In this document: positions 58,336 through 64,000 of the stretch, one piece after another
Position numbering within the stretch: the stretch's first letter is position 1
Layout of the letters: each line of letters starts with the position of its first letter
From: Trueperaceae bacterium
GTDB taxonomy: Bacteria > Deinococcota > Deinococci > Deinococcales > Trueperaceae
DNA length: 64,000 nucleotides
Direction of reading: 5' to 3'
NCBI GenBank assembly: GCA_965215565.1
Contig: CBDCDZ010000004.1
Coordinates: forward strand, 3,616,001 to 3,680,000
Program-made: the position numbers and the translations under genes
The notes under the pieces: generated by a model
What the model was told of the DNA's origin: nothing
Seen by the model: the letters and a program-made list of their open reading frames with translations, nothing else
The model's database searches: none

Positions 58336-61300
58336 CGCTCTCGAGAACCATCGGTAAGTTTTTCCCCTCTCTAGCCCTTTCGGAAAGTTCTTTGTTGCTC
58401 ATCTCTATTATCAGCCTCGATAGTATTGACTCAGCGAGTAACCTTGAAGGCTCCTCGTCACCGATCTGCTGAGTACCGACACAAACGGGGCAGCCATCAG
58501 TTTCTAAACAGGTGTATTGGAATGGCTCCCCACTCGCTCGTTGGTTGATCAACCGGGTAAGTTCGTTTGAAACTTCGACGAAAATATCCTCTGGTAGCGT
58601 ACTCTGGGGATCGGGTAGGTTGAGGCGTGCCACCGTACGCGTACGTAATAGTTGGGCGTCTATACCATCGCGCAATGCCTCTTCAGCTAAACCGACAGGG
58701 CATAGCACAACACGTAGCAGTTCTTGGTAAACCTGAAGTGCATCAGCCTCAAGTGCTTTCTGGAAAACTTCGATAAGACCCGCGCCCCCCTCAAAAACTT
58801 CCCACACCGAAACGTTATTGTCGCCGATCGCAGACTCTAAATCTTCACGGTGCACGCCGACGACACTTGCTACTGCCCGATGAAGCAGCTCTCGAGCGGT
58901 GGCAAGTGCCACTCCTCGGAGTTGCTGCGGCTGCGCTCGTCCCTCACTAAGCTCGTTGAGCAAGTCATCGAGCTGCCATCCAAGTGCTTGCGTGTCTATC
59001 GTATACACCATTGGCTCAAGGTAACGGACTTCAAAGCGGTCTGGATCGCCGCTAGCCCTGAAATACTCTGCGTCCGCGTCTCTATCGTTTGAGTTACTCT
59101 TCAGATAACGATGTGACTCAACGTCAGAACCTAAAACTCTGGTCCTCCCTTGTCCCTCAAATACACGCAGTCGCTCGCTAATACACGTTCCCGTATGATT
59201 TTCGAAACGCCTCTCTAAGTAGGGCTGGGCGTAGAGCTTTCGAAATTCAAGTTGCCCGCCACATTCACAAACCCGCTTACTAAGACTGTGAACCTTGTAG
59301 CATTGCTTACAAAATTTAACGACTTGGCGTCCTTGACGGTCCGTACGGACGCCGCGTAAAGGTACAATCTGAGGACGTACACCCCCTTCTACACTTAAAC
59401 CCTCAATGGGTAAACGCACCCTGACCCTGCTTCCGTCAACCCAATCAGGGTGGTGTTCCGTATCGAGGGTTGCCAAAGTCGTGTCTCCATAATGACGATA
59501 AGTCAGTCTATACGGTAAATAAAGACTCGCTAAGTTGGAAACTTGCTCCTCTATGTAGTCAGAGCTGCCGCTAGAGTAACGCTTTTCGAAACGCAAAGGC
59601 TTTACGGTTTGAAAGTAAGATGAGGGTAGGAGAGAGCTGATGGAGACCGGACAGTTGTTCTCTACGCAGGTGTGGCTAGGTTCGCTTACTGCGTCGACGC
59701 CAGCGTGTAAATAGTAAAGCGAACCTAGCGTTACTTTTATGTCTTGTGGAGACGATTGGAAGGACCACCCTTTATTCCAGTGCTCCTTTAACGTGAAAAA
59801 GAAGTTGTGGAGCCGCTCGTAGTCAGAGATGCTTCCTTCGCCTGTTCGTCTTAGGTTATAGAGGTGAGCCCTAAGGTTAGTAAGCAAGGTCACTACTTCT
59901 GCGAGATGCTCGGCACGTTCAGGTTCATCAACGAGAATCTGGCTTACTTGGCTGATAAGACTATTGGTAGTAAGACGCTGTGTCGGCTGTGCTCCTCCAG
60001 CGAGGTAGTTGTCGATCTGCTCTCGGAATGCATCTAAGTCATTCATCAACTCGGTGGGAAAAGCGCTTCGAAGTTGAGTCAAATGGCGTCTCAAATCGAG
60101 GATAGGTCCGGTTCTCTCTAATTCTCTATCAGCCCAGCCAATCAAAGCATCTTTGAATCCAGAAAGATCGAAGTAGCCTGCAAATCTGTCTCTAAAATTG
60201 TCAAAGTCTTCCTGATACTTAGCACTCAATGTTGGGCAGGCTTCGAGCTGGTCGAGGATGTAACGTGCTATGGCCTTAGGTGGAAAACTTTCGTTTTGTT
60301 GGTAGTACTTGGCATATTGACTACGGTCCCGCTCCAGTCTCTCGTGTAATTGTTGAATAACCGCATTGTCCGTATTGAGGGGGATGTCGAAAACGCCATT
60401 TAGTAACCGTTGACGTCTAAAAAGTGCGAAGTTATCCGGAGCGTCGTTACCCAATATAAGGATGCTATGACTTAGATCGCCTTGCTTTCGTCCAGCGCGT
60501 CCGCGCCTCTGAGTAAAACCTGCTAGAGAACGCGGTGGTCTGTATTGGACAACAGCTTTGATCTGTTCATTGTCCACGCCTACCTCCAGTGTAGGCGAAG
60601 CGACAAGAAGATTGGGACTAAGATTTTTACCCGTCTTCGATGTGACTTGAGCTACTGAGAGAGGCTCTTCACTAACTACTTCTGCTGGTTCATAGCAATC
60701 TTTGCCACCATGTATTCCTCTCCAGCACTCGCCCGCACTATAGATATCGCAGCGCATAGGTTCCTTGCGAGGGCAGGGTTCATTATTCCCATTTAACGGG
60801 TAAGAAATATCTTCGACTACCGTGCGGAATGCCCAAAGCCCTTGATTGTGTTCAGCGTCTCGAAGCTGATTAAAAAAGCGCCCCGTCTGATCGAGAGAAT
60901 CCGCAAAAATGATAACCTTCTCTTGAGGGGTCAAAAAAGCGTGCCCGAGTGCCATAGCGCACTGGATGAGTAAGGAAGACGGAGCAGGGCTTGACTCATC
61001 AGTTGGCGTCTGAAGCGTGACAAACCCTTCTATTCCTCCCAACTCTTGCTCTGCTTCGTAGGCACTTGAAAGAGCCTCGTGTGCTCGGACTCCCTGGTCA
61101 CTCCCGTAAAATAATCGGCTCGCGAAACGTATAGGGTCCGAAATGGTTGCGCTGGCAGCAATGAGCGTGAGTTCTTTGCCAACAAGTTTCTTCAGCCGAT
61201 TGATGAGCTGATGAACGTGGACGCCGTAAAGCGAATCGTACAGATGCGCCTCGTCGATAACAATTCCGCTGAGTCCTGTAAGGAACGGTTCAAACTCCGG

Positions 61301-62194
61301 CCGAAGGTAGAAGGAATCGAGCGACTCGGCTGTCGTTACCATTATCGGTGGGTTTGCCTTGATATGCCCTTCACGCGATATTGACACCGCAAAAGTTTTT
61401 TTGCAATCTGGGCACTCAAGTTCTCGGTAGGGTTGCTCTCCTTTTGGAAGGAGTCGCAATTTGACCTTCGCACCACAGACGGGACATTCTTCTAGCGATT
61501 GAAATTCTCCTGATTCGAAGAGGGGAGAGCCATCATCGTCATATTGATTATCGACCGTTAATTGGTCAGAACGCTTGACGGAGCCGAACTGAATTCCTAC
61601 CGGAATGACATGACCTTGCTGTCGCGCGAAATAGGCTGCGCTCAACACCCGCGCAAGTTGATCCTCAAGCAGGGCGATGCGAGGATAGACTAAAATGAAA
61701 CGCTGGGTGGGGTTCTTCAAAAGACTGTAGATAAGAGGAAGTACGAAAACTTCCGTTTTTCCGGCTCCCGTAGGTGCCGTGATGACGAGTCCAGAGCGAT
61801 TCTCCACTGATCTCAAAACTTCAGCCCAACCGTCGACCTGAAATCTACTAAATTCTGGGTACGGGCTCAGTTTGGCGACAGCTTCCTGTTCGGTCGTAGG
61901 AAAAGTGCTTACGCTGCGAATAGGTCTTGTGCGAGGTATGGCGTCAAAACGGAGGCGTCCAACAAGAACATTGCCGCTTTCGCTCGCTCCAAAGCGCTGT
62001 TTTACCGTCTCCAAAATCCGCAGTAGCTCAAGCGTTCGTGGCACCTTGACACTAGGGGAAAGGGCGACCATATGTGCATCTGTACTGATAGCATTAGAAC
62101 GCCGCGCCACAACCGCCGCATCTGGCGTTGTGTTGTTGCGATTTACTTCTGTGCTAATTCGCTCCAATTCTGCGAGTAGTTCAGGCAGCATCAA
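58307..62194 (-). CDS. Large SF2 DEAH helicase with C-terminal DUF1998-like region (DpdJ-like)
   Basis: APTGAGKTE, YPRIALLEDQ, DEAH, SAT, SPTLEVGVD, QRRGRAGR, several CxxC, EGGAG, GCPVC. Confidence 0.85.
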   Translation of the reverse strand: MMLPELLAELERISTEVNRNNTTPDAAVVARRSNAISTDAHMVALSPSVKVPRTLELLRILETVKQRFGASESGNVLVGRLRFDAIPRTRPIRSVSTFPTTEQEAVAKLSPYPEFSRFQVDGWAEVLRSVENRSGLVITAPTGAGKTEVFVLPLIYSLLKNPTQRFILVYPRIALLEDQLARVLSAAYFARQQGHVIPVGIQFGSVKRSDQLTVDNQYDDDGSPLFESGEFQSLEECPVCGAKVKLRLLPKGEQPYRELECPDCKKTFAVSISREGHIKANPPIMVTTAESLDSFYLRPEFEPFLTGLSGIVIDEAHLYDSLYGVHVHQLINRLKKLVGKELTLIAASATISDPIRFASRLFYGSDQGVRAHEALSSAYEAEQELGGIEGFVTLQTPTDESSPAPSSLLIQCAMALGHAFLTPQEKVIIFADSLDQTGRFFNQLRDAEHNQGLWAFRTVVEDISYPLNGNNEPCPRKEPMRCDIYSAGECWRGIHGGKDCYEPAEVVSEEPLSVAQVTSKTGKNLSPNLLVASPTLEVGVDNEQIKAVVQYRPPRSLAGFTQRRGRAGRKQGDLSHSILILGNDAPDNFALFRRQRLLNGVFDIPLNTDNAVIQQLHERLERDRSQYAKYYQQNESFPPKAIARYILDQLEACPTLSAKYQEDFDNFRDRFAGYFDLSGFKDALIGWADRELERTGPILDLRRHLTQLRSAFPTELMNDLDAFREQIDNYLAGGAQPTQRLTTNSLISQVSQILVDEPERAEHLAEVVTLLTNLRAHLYNLRRTGEGSISDYERLHNFFFTLKEHWNKGWSFQSSPQDIKVTLGSLYYLHAGVDAVSEPSHTCVENNCPVSISSLLPSSYFQTVKPLRFEKRYSSGSSDYIEEQVSNLASLYLPYRLTYRHYGDTTLATLDTEHHPDWVDGSRVRVRLPIEGLSVEGGVRPQIVPLRGVRTDRQGRQVVKFCKQCYKVHSLSKRVCECGGQLEFRKLYAQPYLERRFENHTGTCISERLRVFEGQGRTRVLGSDVESHRYLKSNSNDRDADAEYFRASGDPDRFEVRYLEPMVYTIDTQALGWQLDDLLNELSEGRAQPQQLRGVALATARELLHRAVASVVGVHREDLESAIGDNNVSVWEVFEGGAGLIEVFQKALEADALQVYQELLRVVLCPVGLAEEALRDGIDAQLLRTRTVARLNLPDPQSTLPEDIFVEVSNELTRLINQRASGEPFQYTCLETDGCPVCVGTQQIGDEEPSRLLAESILSRLIIEMSNKELSERAREGKNLPMVLESGAPNRVLSL

Positions 62195-62633
62195 CGTCGA
62201 CCTCTACTCAACTCTGTATTCAGTTGCTTCGAAGCGGTGCTCACTTCATCGGAAGTCTTTGACATTTTATTGAACTCCTCTAGCACTCCAGCGCGTTCGC
62301 TCTTTGCGCTCCCCAAGCAGAGATTGTGGAGAAATAGTCTGAGAAAGGTTACTCCACATTCCCTTTTCTATCTGCTAGCTCTTTCCCCTTCCTTCAGGAA
62401 CTCATCGGTAAAAATTCACAAGAACTAAATGGAAGCGTAACACGACGTAACGACCTGATGCCATAGTGGATTAAGGGCGTGAGGAACTTCACAACTACCG
62501 TTAGAAATGGCCCTAATCTTCCGCTGAACCAAAGGCATTACGCACAGCATCTTGAGACTAGCTTCTTATATTCGAAATAGGTTAGCGTTATGAAGCTTAC
62601 GGCGACTTCAAAGTTTGAGAGAGTGAGATAAGA

Positions 62634-63245
62634 GTGCGAAGAGACGTGTTGATAACGGTTTTAGTAGCCATCTATATCGCTACTGAGTTAGTTTCGAACG
62701 CCACAGCGGGCCGCCTCGTGCAGCTAGGCGCATTTGTCTTCCCTGGAGCGATTTTTCTCTACTCCCTTACCTTTACACTGCGAGATGCGGTGCATACAGC
62801 GGGCGGTTGGCGCGTCGCCAAAGCGCTCATTTGGGCTGGCTTCATCGCGAACGCTATTCTCGCGCTTTACGGGTTGTCCATTAACGCATTTCCTAAACCA
62901 GTCTGGTTCGATGACTCAGCTTACCAAGCAGTGTTCGGAACGACGGCAAGGGTAGTCGCCGCTTCTCTGGTTGCTTATCTCGCGTCCACCTGGCTCGACG
63001 CTCTCATCTTTGAACGTTTCAAGCGCTCGATAGTCAACCGCGTGCTTGCCTCAAATGTCGTTTCTACGTCTGTCGATTCTGTCCTCTTTATTACTATTGC
63101 ATTCGCCGGCACAGGTGCCCCGCTGCTCAACCTCATTGTCGGACAGATAGTCGTTAAGATGATCGTAAGCACCCTACTCATCCCTGTCGTATATTGGGTG
63201 CGGGACACTTTACGTGAACAAGGGTTGGCGATGGAGGGATACTAG
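62634..63245 (+). CDS. yhhQ: Queuosine precursor (preQ0/preQ1) transporter, YhhQ/Vut_1 family
   Basis: FTLRD, RVVAASLVAYLASTWLD, SNVVSTSVDSVLF, GQIVVK. Adjacent to queC. Confidence 0.85.
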   Translation: MRRDVLITVLVAIYIATELVSNATAGRLVQLGAFVFPGAIFLYSLTFTLRDAVHTAGGWRVAKALIWAGFIANAILALYGLSINAFPKPVWFDDSAYQAVFGTTARVVAASLVAYLASTWLDALIFERFKRSIVNRVLASNVVSTSVDSVLFITIAFAGTGAPLLNLIVGQIVVKMIVSTLLIPVVYWVRDTLREQGLAMEGY

Positions 63246-63941
63246 ATGTCAAGAGCAGTCGTTCTACTCTCGGGTGGACTCGACTCCGCTACAGCAGCTG
63301 CACAGGCTATCGCAGACGGCTATGATCTCATGGCCCTTTCCTTCCGATATGGTCAACGTCACGAACGGGAACTCGAAGCTGCTAAAGCGGTAGCCGAAGC
63401 GCTGCACATTCAAGAGCACTTCGTTAGCGACGTCAACTTGGCACAGTGGGGTGGGTCGTCTCTCACCGATGAAGATATAGACGTGCCTACAGGAGGGAGC
63501 GACGCGAATGCCATCCCCTCGACCTACGTTCCCGGACGCAACACCGTCTTCATTGCGATTGCGCTCTCGCTCGCCGAGGCGAAAAACGCTGAAGCCATAT
63601 ACCTCGGTATCAACGCCGTGGACTACTCGGGTTATCCTGATTGTCGACCTGAGTACTTAGAAGCGTTCAAAAATCTCGCTGAGCTTTCGAGCAAAGCAGG
63701 ACTTGAAGGTAATGCGCCTAGGCTTGTTGCCCCACTCGTTATGGACTCGAAGGCAGACATCGTCAGGCGTGCCCTCAGGCTAGGTGTGCCCATCGAGAGT
63801 ACATGGTCCTGCTATCAAGGCATGGAGGAGCCGTGTGGAGTCTGCGATTCCTGTCGTATCCGTGATCAGGCTCTTATTAAAGCAGGGAAAGCAGACTTAG
63901 TCGGCTCCTTCAATTTATCTCGCGCTGTCCCGAGTTGCTAG
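63246..63941 (+). CDS. queC: 7-cyano-7-deazaguanine (preQ0) synthase
   Basis: [39 protein letters not shown]. Confidence 0.96.
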   Translation: MSRAVVLLSGGLDSATAAAQAIADGYDLMALSFRYGQRHERELEAAKAVAEALHIQEHFVSDVNLAQWGGSSLTDEDIDVPTGGSDANAIPSTYVPGRNTVFIAIALSLAEAKNAEAIYLGINAVDYSGYPDCRPEYLEAFKNLAELSSKAGLEGNAPRLVAPLVMDSKADIVRRALRLGVPIESTWSCYQGMEEPCGVCDSCRIRDQALIKAGKADLVGSFNLSRAVPSC

Positions 63942-64000
63942 CCCCTGGTTCATTGTCCGCTCCAATAAGGTTCTTATAGCTTTCGGCAAAAAGTGAAAGC

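Larger units (their letters stand above)
45479..64000. mobile_element. Tn7-like transposon inserted in comEC (other end presumed beyond the window)
   Basis: TGT terminus, repeated TnsB-type sites, adjacent TnsE-like gene. The 5' part of comEC does not appear elsewhere in the window. Confidence 0.78.

Noticed and set aside
57889..62194. DISARM or Druantia system
   Set aside because: Helicase plus PLD also occur in DISARM, but no methyltransferase or other partner genes are visible. Linkage to TGT/queC/yhhQ favours a Dpd-like reading. Not fully excluded without HMM searches.
3290..63208. Numerous short antisense or alternate-frame ORFs overlapping well-supported genes
   Set aside because: These are typical shadow ORFs of GC-rich coding DNA, with no independent motifs or RBS.
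62634..63941. QatABCD or CBASS type IV QueC-like defence protein
   Set aside because: QueC is the canonical ~230-aa enzyme next to yhhQ. No TatD, QatA ATPase or cyclase is visible in the window.

Overview
Bacterial chromosomal window, most likely from a Deinococcota (Truepera-like) organism. This is inferred from the DdrA/Rad52-type annealase, Uma2 protein, Thermus/Deinococcus-type sugar ABC transporter and codon style. Positions ~3.2-45.5 kb are mostly core genome: rpsA, leuS, hemA-hemC-hemD-hemB, rph-rdgB, lexA, sugar ABC transporter, galM, PP2C and two Ser/Thr kinases. At 45479 the competence gene comEC is cut by a Tn7-like transposon end (TGT terminus plus three TnsB-type repeats). It is followed by a frameshifted TnsE-like gene and cargo that appears to run off the right edge. 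The cargo includes HU, an IS3 element, two controller-like HTH genes and, most notably, a Dpd-like 7-deazaguanine cluster. That cluster has a DEAH helicase, a PLD nuclease, an archaeal-type TGT fused to an ArcS-like CxxxKPYxxS domain, and a divergent yhhQ-queC pair. Non-coding highlights: (1) a Leu-codon leader-peptide attenuator upstream of leuS; (2) several TA-flanked MITE-like families, including a 111-bp element in six full copies; (3) 20-43 bp hairpin modules inserted at fixed positions in those MITEs, plus a 40-bp one in the IS3 transposase active-site motif; (4) a 52-bp tandem duplication frameshifting a HEPN-type gene; (5) strong over-representation of CTCGAG. No rRNA, tRNA or CRISPR array was recognised. 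All family assignments come from motif recognition by eye, not database searches.
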